Source of the DNA: an uncultured Oscillospiraceae bacterium
GTDB taxonomy: Bacteria > Bacillota > Clostridia > UMGS1883
Assembly: GCA_964537995.1 (NCBI GenBank)
Contig: CAZICW010000005.1
Span: 1 to 52,808 of the forward strand
DNA: 52,808 nt
Direction of reading: 5' to 3'
Positions 1 through 8,987 of the stretch are shown here, piece after piece (position 1 is the first letter of the stretch; every line of letters starts with the position of its first letter). The translations under genes were made by a program, and so were the position numbers. Below the pieces are notes generated by a model. It saw only the letters and a list, made by a program, of their open reading frames with translations, had not been told where the DNA came from and made no database searches.

Positions 1-711
1 ACGATTGTCATACCCTCATCCTCGGCGGCGGGAGCAGCTTCATCGGGAGCGTACATAACCTACACAACCTACACCGTCAAATCCGGCGACACATATTGGA
101 GCATAGCCATTGACTGCGGCATCCCAATGAGCGAGCTGCTCGAAGCAAACAGCCTCACCGAAAGCAGCGCCATCAAGGTCGGTCAGGTGCTGACCGTACC
201 CGTTCACAATGTTCCCGTAAAGGAAACCGTATCCTCAAAATACGGAGAGCTGCTCGACTGGTGGACGGAGGCGCAATACGTTATACCGATAAACGCCGTA
301 TTTACGGTTCAGGATCTTGCCACGGGGAAATCCTTTACAGCCAAGCGCACAATCGGCTCAAATCACGCCGACTGCGAGCCTCTGACCGCCGAGGATACCG
401 CCGTAATGAAGGAAATTTGGGGCGGAAGCTGGAGCTGGGACAAGCGTCCTGTACTCATAATACACAACGGACGCAAAATCGCCGCAAGCGCCGCCGGTAT
501 GCCCCACGCCGGCAATGAATGGGCGGACGGCGGTGTATGGACGGACTGGCGCAGCGACGACTACGGCGCGGGAATAAATTACGACTACATAAAGGGCAAC
601 GATTTCAGCGGTCATTTCGACATACATTTCTATAATTCCACAACTCACAGCGGCGGCACGACCTCCGCCGCGCATCAGGCAAACGTGCTTGCCGCCGCAG
701 GCATGGCGTAA
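1..711 (+). CDS. LysM-domain protein with uncharacterised His-rich C-terminal domain (5' truncated by window edge)
   Basis: Frame is open from base 1 (TIVIPSSS...YTVKSGDTYWSIAIDCGIPMSELLEAN...IKVGQVLTVP, a LysM motif), so the track start at 127 is internal; stop TAA at 709-711. Confidence 0.85.
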   Translation, partial: TIVIPSSSAAGAASSGAYITYTTYTVKSGDTYWSIAIDCGIPMSELLEANSLTESSAIKVGQVLTVPVHNVPVKETVSSKYGELLDWWTEAQYVIPINAVFTVQDLATGKSFTAKRTIGSNHADCEPLTAEDTAVMKEIWGGSWSWDKRPVLIIHNGRKIAASAAGMPHAGNEWADGGVWTDWRSDDYGAGINYDYIKGNDFSGHFDIHFYNSTTHSGGTTSAAHQANVLAAAGMA

Positions 712-712
712 A

Positions 713-1558
713 TCAGGGCAATATCCTGACTACGGTTCCGACGGGCGCAATATCGAAAAGCGCCTCAACATCTTCGTTAAACATACGCACGCAGCCGTTG
801 GAAGCATTTTTGCCGATTGAGGACGGGTCATTTGTTCCATGAATTCCGTATCCTCTCAGGCTCAGTCCCAGCCAGCGCGTCCCGTAAGGGCCGCCGGGAT
901 TGACCTGCTTGTTTACCACAGTGAAAACTCCTGTGGGCGTGGGCGTATCCTCCTTGCCCGTGGCAACAGCATATTGGCGGAAAATTCTTCCTTTTTTATA
1001 CACGGTCAAACGCTTTGCGTCAATGTTTATAATTATTTCAACAGGCGAGGGAGCCAGCGGTATACATATAACCTGCCCTATGCGCAGATTATTCGCCGTG
1101 AGTGACGGATTGACCGTCATAAGCTCTCTTGCGCCAACCTCAAAGGCGGCGGCGATGCTTTCAACGGTGTCGCCCCGTCTTATTACATAAAAATTCTCAT
1201 ACGGACACTTCGGAAGCGGGCTTATGCTCTGGGCGACGCAAAGCCTATCTCCTATCCGAAGCTCATAAGGATTAATATCGGGGTTCGCTTCCTTCAGAGC
1301 CTGCACAGTCGTAGCGAAGCGCATTGCAATCGAAGCAAGTGTGTCGCCCTCGGAAACGGTGTACGGAACCGAGCCGAACGGACAGCCTCCGCCCACGGAC
1401 TCTGACGAGCGCACGCATATTATCTGTCCTATACGCAGGCTTTCGGGGTCCTCAATATCGTTAAGCGCCATCAGTCTTTCCGGCGACGTACCAAGTCTCT
1501 CGGCAACGGAGAAAAGCGTATCGCCGCTTTTTATTGTATAATATTCCAGGCATTCCAT
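713..1558 (-). CDS. 3xLysM + YkuD-type L,D-transpeptidase
   Basis: Three LysM repeats (YTIKSGDTL, YTVSEGDTL, YVIRRGDTV); YkuD motifs VATGK..TPTPTG, GIHGT, SNGCVRM; start chosen at the ATG after GGAGA. Confidence 0.9.
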   Translation of the reverse strand: MECLEYYTIKSGDTLFSVAERLGTSPERLMALNDIEDPESLRIGQIICVRSSESVGGGCPFGSVPYTVSEGDTLASIAMRFATTVQALKEANPDINPYELRIGDRLCVAQSISPLPKCPYENFYVIRRGDTVESIAAAFEVGARELMTVNPSLTANNLRIGQVICIPLAPSPVEIIINIDAKRLTVYKKGRIFRQYAVATGKEDTPTPTGVFTVVNKQVNPGGPYGTRWLGLSLRGYGIHGTNDPSSIGKNASNGCVRMFNEDVEALFDIAPVGTVVRILP

Positions 1559-1665
1559 GTTAAAAATCTCCATTCCGCCGCTCCGCCGGCACAAATATCG
1601 ACCAAAGGAACGCCGGCCGAGGGGTAATTTCTCCACTCGGCAAGGCAAAAGCACGGAAAACGCTT

Positions 1666-1813
1666 GGCGTATTTCAAGCGTTTACGCCAGAGCCTCGGAC
1701 GTAAATAAGCGTTCCCTTAAATTTCTCTCTTATCCCGCGGAGCAATAAAGGAATAAGGGCTTTTGCGTTTGCAAACCGAGGGCGGGAAAAATTCCCGTAC
1801 GCTTGAATACGCC
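1666..1813. ncRNA. Candidate long rod-shaped structured RNA (6S-like or leader RNA), identity unknown
   Basis: GGCGTATTTCAAGCGT (1666-1681) pairs with ACGCTTGAATACGCC (1799-1813); nested CCTCGG/CCGAGG and CCCTTA/TAAGGG; asymmetric internal bubble. Confidence 0.3.
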
Positions 1814-1844
1814 GTTATTTTTACATAAGCTTCCGTATGCAAAA

Positions 1845-1900
1845 GCGCACATAAAAACACCTCTGTCGCATAATATGCGCAGAGGCGCCTCCATGTGCGC
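1845..1900 (-). terminator. Long hairpin downstream of the sugar transferase (probable terminator)
   Basis: GCGCACAT..CCTCTGTCGCATA/TATGCGCAGAGG..ATGTGCGC; TGTTTTT follows the inner stem on the minus strand. Confidence 0.55.
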
Positions 1901-1930
1901 AGGTTAACGCAAAATTAAGAGCGCGTACTT

Positions 1931-2599
1931 TTATTCCGCTCCCTTTGCCGTCAGTACCGCGGGTATGGTTTTAAAAATAAGCTTCCAGTCATAGAGATAG
2001 CCTCTATTTTTTATGTATGTTATATCCATGTCCATCCATTCGTCGAAGCCAACTTCGCTTCTGCCGCTGCACTGCCATATACACGTCAGCCCCGGCTTAA
2101 CCAAAAGGCGCTGCCTTTGATAATCGCTGTAGTGCTTAACCTCGTTTTCAAGAGCCGGACGCGGGCCGACCAGGGACATTTCTCCTTTAAAAACATTCAT
2201 AAGCTGCGGCAGCTCGTCAATGCTCATTTTACGGATAATACGCCCGACCTTGGTAATTCTGGGGTCGTCCTTTATTTTAAAAACAAGCCCGTCCGCCTCA
2301 TTTTGCTCCTTCAATTCGCCGAGCTTTTTTTCGGCGTCAACGCACATTGAGCGAAATTTGTACATATTAAAGTACTCGCCGTTTTTTCCGGCTCTTTTCT
2401 GAACAAATATTGCCGGACCGCCGTCACTTTTGACGGCGACTGCCGTAGCCAGAAAAACCGGAGAAAGCACAATCAAAGCAAGCCCCGAAATTACAATATC
2501 CGTTGCTCGCTTAAAAAATTCGTATACGGGTTTTTTGTTTACTTCACATTTATAGTCCGCGCCGTTTTCCGTCATGGCAAGACTGTATTCACATTCCAT
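1931..2599 (-). CDS. Priming glycosyltransferase (Bac_transf; undecaprenyl-phosphate sugar-1-phosphate transferase)
   Basis: KRATDI, MYKFRSM, DDPRIT, SIDELPQL, MSLVGPRP, VKPGLT motifs. Confidence 0.92.
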   Translation of the reverse strand: MECEYSLAMTENGADYKCEVNKKPVYEFFKRATDIVISGLALIVLSPVFLATAVAVKSDGGPAIFVQKRAGKNGEYFNMYKFRSMCVDAEKKLGELKEQNEADGLVFKIKDDPRITKVGRIIRKMSIDELPQLMNVFKGEMSLVGPRPALENEVKHYSDYQRQRLLVKPGLTCIWQCSGRSEVGFDEWMDMDITYIKNRGYLYDWKLIFKTIPAVLTAKGAE

Positions 2600-2766
2600 G
2601 GGTAATGCTCTCCTCTTTGTAGTCCCTTTGTTTCTGCGATTACAGCAACCTCTCCCCCTGTCACTGTATATTAACAGTATATTAATATTATATCATCTTT
2701 TTTTCGACTGTCAATACCCTGCATATAAAAATATTACTGATTTATATCATAAAATTTTAGTTAAAA

Positions 2767-3237
2767 TTACAAATTATCACTGTATTTCTCATCATTTGCA
2801 AGTGTATCGGAGTTATATGCCGCGACCGCCATACGGTCGCATCGCTCATTCTCGGGGTTGCCGGAGTGTCCCTTCACCCATACGAAATGCACCTTGTGAA
2901 CATTCATAAGCCGAAGCAGCCGCTCCCATAAATCCACGTTCAGCGCGGGCTTTCCGTCCGATTTTTTCCAGCCGCGTTTTTTCCAGCCGATAACCCAGCC
3001 CTTTGTCACCGCGTCCACAAGATATTTCGAATCGCTGTAAACCTCCGCCTCGCACGGCTCCTTTAAGACCTCCAGTCCCGCTATCGCCGCCATAAGCTCC
3101 ATACGGTTGTTGGTCGTCAGCCGAAAGCCCTTTGAGAGCGCCTTTTCGGTTTCGTTATACTTTATTATCGCGGCGTAGCCTCCCTTGCCCGGATTTCCGC
3201 TGCACGCCCCGTCCGTGTATATAAGCACCTTTTTCAA
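2767..3237 (-). CDS. rnhA: Ribonuclease HI
   Basis: [35 protein letters not shown]; TTG start after GGAG. Confidence 0.95.
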   Translation of the reverse strand: MKKVLIYTDGACSGNPGKGGYAAIIKYNETEKALSKGFRLTTNNRMELMAAIAGLEVLKEPCEAEVYSDSKYLVDAVTKGWVIGWKKRGWKKSDGKPALNVDLWERLLRLMNVHKVHFVWVKGHSGNPENERCDRMAVAAYNSDTLANDEKYSDNL

Positions 3238-3267
3238 ATCAACTCCACCTTTCCCCTTTTCGGCGGA

Positions 3268-3297
3268 CAAAACAGTCGGCAGCAAAATGCTGCCGAC
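3268..3297 (-). terminator. Intrinsic terminator after the GH105 gene
   Basis: GTCGGCAGCA-aaa-TGCTGCCGAC perfect 10-bp stem, TGTTTT follows on the minus strand. Confidence 0.7.
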
Positions 3298-3335
3298 CGA
3301 TATTTTTTTTGATACGTTTTTCTTGCAGGTACAGG

Positions 3336-6300
3336 TTATTCCGCGCCGTAAACCTCAACCTCGGCAATTTTTCCCTCGGAAGCAAGGGTTACCATAACGT
3401 ACTTGCCCTTAGCCTGACAGGTATAATAAGCTTCGGTTCCTCCAACGGCATTGCCTGTGTAAACGGTCGTCCACGCGGAGCCGTCCGCAGACACGGAAAG
3501 CGTTATTCCAACGTCGTCTGCCGCACGAACGCCGATAGAGGTAATGGTTCTTATGTCCTTGGTGATTTCAACAACAAGGCTGTGGTTTGCGTTGCCCTTC
3601 CAGTATGTGGACGTGTTGTTGTCGATTGCCGCAGACGCGGGATACTTCTCATCAATCAGGATTGCCGAGCCGGCAGTCTTAAGCGCTTCTTTGGTGCCGA
3701 CAGGCTTGCTGGAAACGGACGCTACGGACGACGTTGTAACCGCCGCTGCCGCACCCGCGCCGCTGTAAACCTCGATTTCGGCTACGGAAGCCCAATCATT
3801 GGTCGTCGAACCGTTTGTGCCTATGCGTACATATCTCGCTCCGGCGCCGACCGTATGATATTCCATAACGCCGCCGTTTGCGGCACAGGCGCCGCTGAAT
3901 ACGGAAGTATAGCTGCTTCCGTCGCCGGAAACCTCGATTGAATAGTTTACGGTGCGTCCGTCGTCATACTGCTTCATCTGAACGCCGACACACGCAATAT
4001 TCATTGCGGAGCCAAGGTCGATAACCGCGTTCTGCGTACCCTGAGTTGCCCATACCGTGCCGGCGTTGCCGTCCAGAGAGTTGCTGCCGGGATTTGCCGA
4101 TTCGGGTTCGGACGAGAACTTAACCATCGAGCTTGTAACGTTAATCTTTGTACCCGTTGACGTATTGGACTGAGTGGAATTAATGGTTGTGGGGGTAGAC
4201 GTCGTCGTCACGGTTGTCACCGCCGTAGCCGTACCGCCCGTATAAACCTCTACTTCGGCAACGGAAGCCCAGTCGCTTACGCTGTTGCCGTTTGTGATAA
4301 TCTTAACATATCTTGCGTTCGCGCCCACGGAAACATATTCCATCGTGCCGCCGCCCGCAGCGCAGGCGCCGCTGAATATCTGGCTGTAGCTGCTGCCGTC
4401 CGCGGATACCGCTACGCCGTAATTTACCGTTCTGCTGTCGTCGTATTTTCTCATTTGAACGCCGACCGTGCTTACAACCGCGGAGCTGCCGAGGTCGATT
4501 ACCATTTCGTGTCCCTTCGACGCGGCCCAGAATGTGCTTGCGTTGCCGTCAACCGCGTTTGCGGGAGGATTCGCCGCCTCATCTGTAGGTGCCGTCAGCA
4601 TCGCCGCCGTAAGCGTAACCTTCGATCCGCTCGCCGTGCTTCCCGTTGTGGAGGTCACGGTTGTGCCGGAGGTCGTACCCGTCGTGCCGGAAAGTGTAAC
4701 CGTAGCCGTTCCGCCCGTGTAAACCTCTACTTCGGCAACGGAAGCCCAGTCGCTTACGCTGTTGCCGTTTGTGATAATCTTAACATATCTTGCGTTCGCG
4801 CCCACGGAAACATATTCCATCGTGCCGCCGCCCGCAGCGCAGGCGCCGCTGAATATCTGGCTGTAGCTGCTGCCGTCCGCGGATACCGCTACGCCGTAAT
4901 TTACCGTTCTGCTGTCGTCGTATTTTCTCATTTGAACGCCGACCGTGCTTACAACCGCGGAGCTGCCGAGGTCGATTACCATTTCGTGTCCCTTCGACGC
5001 GGCCCAGAATGTGCTTGCGTTGCCGTCAACCGCGTTTGCGGGAGGATTCGCCGCCTCATCTGTAGGTGCCGACAGCATCGCCGCCGTAAGCGTAACCTTC
5101 GAGCCGCTCGCCGTGCTTCCCGTTACGGAGGTCACGGTTGTGCCGGAGGTTGTACCCGTCGCGCCGGAAATTGTTGTTTCGGCGGAATTTTCGTCGCCCT
5201 CAAATACCGCAACGTCGGCAAGCGACGCCCAGTCATTTGTTGTGGAGCCGTTGAGATTTATGCGGATGTAACGGGCTGTCGCGCCGTTAAGTCTCGGAAA
5301 TTCCCATGTTCCGCCGTTCACAACGCTGGAGCCGCTGAACGCGGAGGTATAGCTCGTGCCGTCGGCGCTGTAGGAAACACCGTAATTTACGGTTCTGCCG
5401 TCGGAATACTGCATCATTCTTACGCCGACGCAGGCAATCTGCTTCGCCGAGCCGAGATCAATCTGCAAATACTGGCTGCCCTGAGCCGCGTAACGGGTGC
5501 TTACGTTATTGTCAACGGTCTGCGCCGCATTGTTCTGAGATTCGGGAGTAGCGGACGCGGAAACCATGCTCGCGTTAAGAGTAAGCTGTGTGCCTATGGG
5601 TTTTGAAGGCGCGCTCTGAGCCGGCTCAACCGTATAGCCTCTGTCGGTCTGAGAGGGACGTGTGGGATAATGCTCGCTGGGGCCGATCATCCAACGAAGC
5701 ATTTCAACCGCGTTTGAGTCGCAGCCGAAGAAAGGATCCGCTTTCTCGGAAATAACAATCAAATCGCCGAGAGCGTCTGTCGTATATGTGCTTAAACCGC
5801 TGTACGCACTGTACCAAATATGGTAGCCCAAGCCCTCCATAAGTGCGCGCAGAGGAACGCAGGTGTAGCCCAAATCCGAGGTTTCGGCGGCAGCGGACGC
5901 TGTTTTTATAACGCCGTTAACTGTATAGCTTGTGCTGCCCTTTGTGAACACAACCGTGTAGGTGCTGCCGTTAGTTACGGAGCGGCTTGCCGTCACCGTG
6001 TCGCCGGCTTCGGTAACCGTACCGCCCATGTATGCCTGAACAACGCGAACGGGAATCATAGCCGTGCCATCCTTGGTGTAAAGCTTCTGATTGTGGTTGC
6101 TGTTGTCCATATGGTTAATCATGCCTTCTACATAGAAGTGGGGAGAGGCAATTTCAACGGCATAATTGCTTACCATTTTTCTCATAAGGTAAGGATAAAC
6201 GTCGCCGTTGTTGGTCTGGTCGCCGTATACGCCGCCGGCAAGCTTGGAAATTTCGGAGGCGGCGAGCAGGAACGCGCCGACGCCGAAGTTTTGGGTATCT

Positions 6301-7469
6301 CTCGCGCCAACATTAAGACTTTGCTTGGCGTTTTCGCCGATGGGCTGCACATATCCGAGACAGCCGTCGCTCTGGAGCGAAGTGTTGTAAAGGAAGTACC
6401 AGCCCTTCAGGCAGGTTTCCAGATAGGTTGCGCTGTCAAGATAGCCGCTGTTGATTCCCCACGCAAGACCGTATGTAAAGAACGCCGTGCCGCTGGTTTC
6501 AAAGCCGTCGGCGTGCGCGCGATCCGCCATGGAGCGTGACCAGAAGCCCTCAATTTGCTGAGTATTCTTTACGCCCTCAGCCATCTGGGTATACTTATCA
6601 AGGAAGTAATCTCTGTGCTCGTAATCCGTAGGCATATCGGAAAGCACTCTCGCAAGACCCGCGAATACCCAGCCGGAGCCTCTTGCCCAGAAGTCTTTCT
6701 TGCCGTTATCAGTCTTATGGTCGGGATAGATATATTTGCCGTCGCGGTGGAACAGCTTGTATTCCTCGTCCCACATACCGTCCTTTGTGCCGCCTTCAAC
6801 CTCTTCCGCGGCATAAACGAACCATTCGTACTGCTTATCAAGATATTTTTGATTGCCCGTAAGGACATACATCTTGGACATTATGGGCATCGCCATAAAC
6901 AGCGAGTCGGCCCACCACCACCAGTCCTTCTCGGAGCGGGACATCTGATATTCCATAACCTCTTTCGCGCGGGAAACCTTTCCCTCGTCCTTGGTCGCGC
7001 CCTTAGATTCCATAACCTCAATGTTATAGAGATCTATGTATGTCTGGAAGCAAATCTGCCAGTCGCCGAAAAGAACGTATTCCATTCCTTCGCCGTAGCC
7101 GCCGGTCGACGCGCCGCCCTTCCACGCGGACTTATTGTCGCTTGTGGCGCCCTTCCAGCTATTCTTTACCGCCCAGTTCTCGGAATAGTTGCGGTAAGCT
7201 TCTATACCGGTTGTGAAATACGCTTCCATATTGCCCACATGGTAAGCCGCATTGTCCCAAAACGCTCTTCCGTGGGTTGTATGATTTGTAATCCAATAAT
7301 CATTTGCTCTTTCCAACGCTTCAAGAGCCTGTGTTCTCGTGGGCATCACTGCCTGAGCCGCTTCGCCGACGCTCTGCGCAGCCGCACCGGCGGTTATTCC
7401 GCTGAGGCAGGTCATTGCTACAGTCGCGGCAAGACCGGCAGCCAATGTGCGAAGTTTTGCCTTTTTCAT
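3336..7469 (-). CDS. Secreted GH105/GH88-family unsaturated glycuronyl hydrolase + Cu-amine-oxidase-N-like domain + five CBM32 (F5/8 type C) modules
   Basis: Signal peptide [12 protein letters not shown]; GH105 motifs [44 protein letters not shown]; IPVR/VPLR domain; five modules with A(V/I)DGNxxTxW...IDLG...ARYV...AEVEVY; AGGAGG SD before the ATG at 7469. Confidence 0.85.
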   Translation of the reverse strand: MKKAKLRTLAAGLAATVAMTCLSGITAGAAAQSVGEAAQAVMPTRTQALEALERANDYWITNHTTHGRAFWDNAAYHVGNMEAYFTTGIEAYRNYSENWAVKNSWKGATSDNKSAWKGGASTGGYGEGMEYVLFGDWQICFQTYIDLYNIEVMESKGATKDEGKVSRAKEVMEYQMSRSEKDWWWWADSLFMAMPIMSKMYVLTGNQKYLDKQYEWFVYAAEEVEGGTKDGMWDEEYKLFHRDGKYIYPDHKTDNGKKDFWARGSGWVFAGLARVLSDMPTDYEHRDYFLDKYTQMAEGVKNTQQIEGFWSRSMADRAHADGFETSGTAFFTYGLAWGINSGYLDSATYLETCLKGWYFLYNTSLQSDGCLGYVQPIGENAKQSLNVGARDTQNFGVGAFLLAASEISKLAGGVYGDQTNNGDVYPYLMRKMVSNYAVEIASPHFYVEGMINHMDNSNHNQKLYTKDGTAMIPVRVVQAYMGGTVTEAGDTVTASRSVTNGSTYTVVFTKGSTSYTVNGVIKTASAAAETSDLGYTCVPLRALMEGLGYHIWYSAYSGLSTYTTDALGDLIVISEKADPFFGCDSNAVEMLRWMIGPSEHYPTRPSQTDRGYTVEPAQSAPSKPIGTQLTLNASMVSASATPESQNNAAQTVDNNVSTRYAAQGSQYLQIDLGSAKQIACVGVRMMQYSDGRTVNYGVSYSADGTSYTSAFSGSSVVNGGTWEFPRLNGATARYIRINLNGSTTNDWASLADVAVFEGDENSAETTISGATGTTSGTTVTSVTGSTASGSKVTLTAAMLSAPTDEAANPPANAVDGNASTFWAASKGHEMVIDLGSSAVVSTVGVQMRKYDDSRTVNYGVAVSADGSSYSQIFSGACAAGGGTMEYVSVGANARYVKIITNGNSVSDWASVAEVEVYTGGTATVTLSGTTGTTSGTTVTSTTGSTASGSKVTLTAAMLTAPTDEAANPPANAVDGNASTFWAASKGHEMVIDLGSSAVVSTVGVQMRKYDDSRTVNYGVAVSADGSSYSQIFSGACAAGGGTMEYVSVGANARYVKIITNGNSVSDWASVAEVEVYTGGTATAVTTVTTTSTPTTINSTQSNTSTGTKINVTSSMVKFSSEPESANPGSNSLDGNAGTVWATQGTQNAVIDLGSAMNIACVGVQMKQYDDGRTVNYSIEVSGDGSSYTSVFSGACAANGGVMEYHTVGAGARYVRIGTNGSTTNDWASVAEIEVYSGAGAAAAVTTSSVASVSSKPVGTKEALKTAGSAILIDEKYPASAAIDNNTSTYWKGNANHSLVVEITKDIRTITSIGVRAADDVGITLSVSADGSAWTTVYTGNAVGGTEAYYTCQAKGKYVMVTLASEGKIAEVEVYGAE
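4223..5170 (-). repeat. Near-identical 477-bp tandem duplication (CBM32 + Thr/Gly/Ser linker)
   Basis: 4223-4693 matches 4700-5170 (e.g. ACGGAAGCCCAGTCGCTTACG at 4261 and 4738); differences mostly near the ends. Confidence 0.95.
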
Positions 7470-7607
7470 GTTAAATCCTCCTTGAAATCTTAAAATAGAA
7501 AAGAGACACACTTTCCCCTTCCCAAGTCGTTAAGTATATTTTAACATTTTATTTAAAAATAATCAATAAAAAAAATGAAATTTCTTTTCGCCAAGTTGTG
7601 CAATTTT

Positions 7608-8912
7608 TTATATTTTTTTTGTGCAATTTGCTAAAATTTTCAGTGCGTTGGCGGAAATATGTTCATACCTTTCTTTTTTGTTCTTAATTTTGATATGTTC
7701 CCATTCTATGATTCCGAAGTTGGCGTTCATAGGCTGGAAATTTTTAAGCGACGGCTCTGTGATATATGCCGCAAGCGCACCCGTACAGGTGGACGGAGGA
7801 AGCACGAGGGGCGCTTCTCCGAGGACGCGGCGCGCGGCATTTATTCCCGCCATAAGTCCCGACGAAGCCGACTCCACATAGCCCTCGACTCCGGTTATCT
7901 GTCCGGCAAAAAATATATCGGGCTTCGCGCGCAGGCTGTAGTCGGGCGAAAGCAGCTTCGGAGAATTTATATAGGTATTGCGGTGCATAACTCCGTAACG
8001 CGCAAATTCCGCGTTTTCAAGCCCCGGAATCATGGAAAACACTCTTTTCTGCTCTCCGAATTTCAGATTTGTCTGAAAGCCCACCAAATTGTACAGCGTT
8101 CCCGCGCTGTTGTCGCGCCGAAGCTGCAGCACCGCCCACGGGGTCAGCCCCGTTCGGGGATTTCGCAGGCCCTTCGGTTTGAGAGGGCCGAAGCGGAGCG
8201 TATCCTCTCCCCGTGCCGCCATGATTTCCACGGGCATACAGCCCTCGAACACGTTCGGCTTTTCCACATCGTCGCGGAGAGGCGCGCGCTCGGCGGAAAC
8301 AAGGGCGTTCCAAAAGGCGGAATATTCCTCCCTGTTCATCGGGCAGTTGATATAGTCCGCGGTTCCCTTGCCGTATCGCGCGGCAAAATATGTCTTTTCC
8401 GTATCAATGCTTTCCGCTGTCACCACGGGAGCGGCCGCGTCAAAAAAATGCAGTCCTTCGCTTCCCGTCAGCGCGGCAATGCTGTCGTTCAGTCCGCCGT
8501 ATGTCAAGGGCCCCGTCGCAATTACGGTTACGGCGTCCGACGGAATTTCCTCCGCCTGTTCGTTCACTATTTCAATGTTCGGCTCCGCTTTGATTTTTTC
8601 CGTAACAAGCGCGGCAAAGGCGTCGCGGTCAACGGCAAGCGCGCCGCCGGCGGGAACGCGCGTTTCGTCGGCGCAGCGAATCACAAGACTGCCCATGCGG
8701 CGCATTTCTTCCTTTAATAAACCGCAGGCGTTATCGAGTCCGTTCCCTTTCAGCGAATTGGAGCATACAAGCTCGCAGAGATTTTCGTTTGTGTGCGCCG
8801 GAGAAAATACGAGCGGCTTCATCTCGACAAGCCTAACCCTTATTCCGCGCCTGGCAATCTGCCACGCGGCTTCGCAGCCCGCAAGCCCGCCGCCGATTAC
8901 GTTTATATACAT
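7608..8912 (-). CDS. trmFO: FADH2-oxidizing methylenetetrahydrofolate-tRNA-(uracil-54)-methyltransferase
   Basis: GGGLAGCEAAWQ, ELVCSNS, FFDAAAP, VGFQTNLK, RYGVMHRNTY, GVEGYVES. Confidence 0.96.
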   Translation of the reverse strand: MYINVIGGGLAGCEAAWQIARRGIRVRLVEMKPLVFSPAHTNENLCELVCSNSLKGNGLDNACGLLKEEMRRMGSLVIRCADETRVPAGGALAVDRDAFAALVTEKIKAEPNIEIVNEQAEEIPSDAVTVIATGPLTYGGLNDSIAALTGSEGLHFFDAAAPVVTAESIDTEKTYFAARYGKGTADYINCPMNREEYSAFWNALVSAERAPLRDDVEKPNVFEGCMPVEIMAARGEDTLRFGPLKPKGLRNPRTGLTPWAVLQLRRDNSAGTLYNLVGFQTNLKFGEQKRVFSMIPGLENAEFARYGVMHRNTYINSPKLLSPDYSLRAKPDIFFAGQITGVEGYVESASSGLMAGINAARRVLGEAPLVLPPSTCTGALAAYITEPSLKNFQPMNANFGIIEWEHIKIKNKKERYEHISANALKILANCTKKI

Positions 8913-8929
8913 ATCAGTCCGTCCTTTGC

Positions 8930-8958
8930 GAAAGGGGCTGCTTTTTCACAGCCCCTTC
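8930..8958 (-). terminator. Hairpin between leuB and trmFO
   Basis: AAGGGGCTG...CAGCCCCTT inverted repeat. Confidence 0.55.
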
Positions 8959-8987
8959 AATGTATCAAAAAATTGCCCGCGCTCAGG

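Noticed and set aside
4223-5170. Repeat considered as a CRISPR array or a DGR template/variable pair
   Set aside because: The unit is 477 bp, in frame and coding; no spacers, cas genes or reverse transcriptase; no adenine-specific pattern evident
4455-5606. 383-aa plus-strand ORF with an internal repeat
   Set aside because: Antisense reading of the duplicated CBM modules
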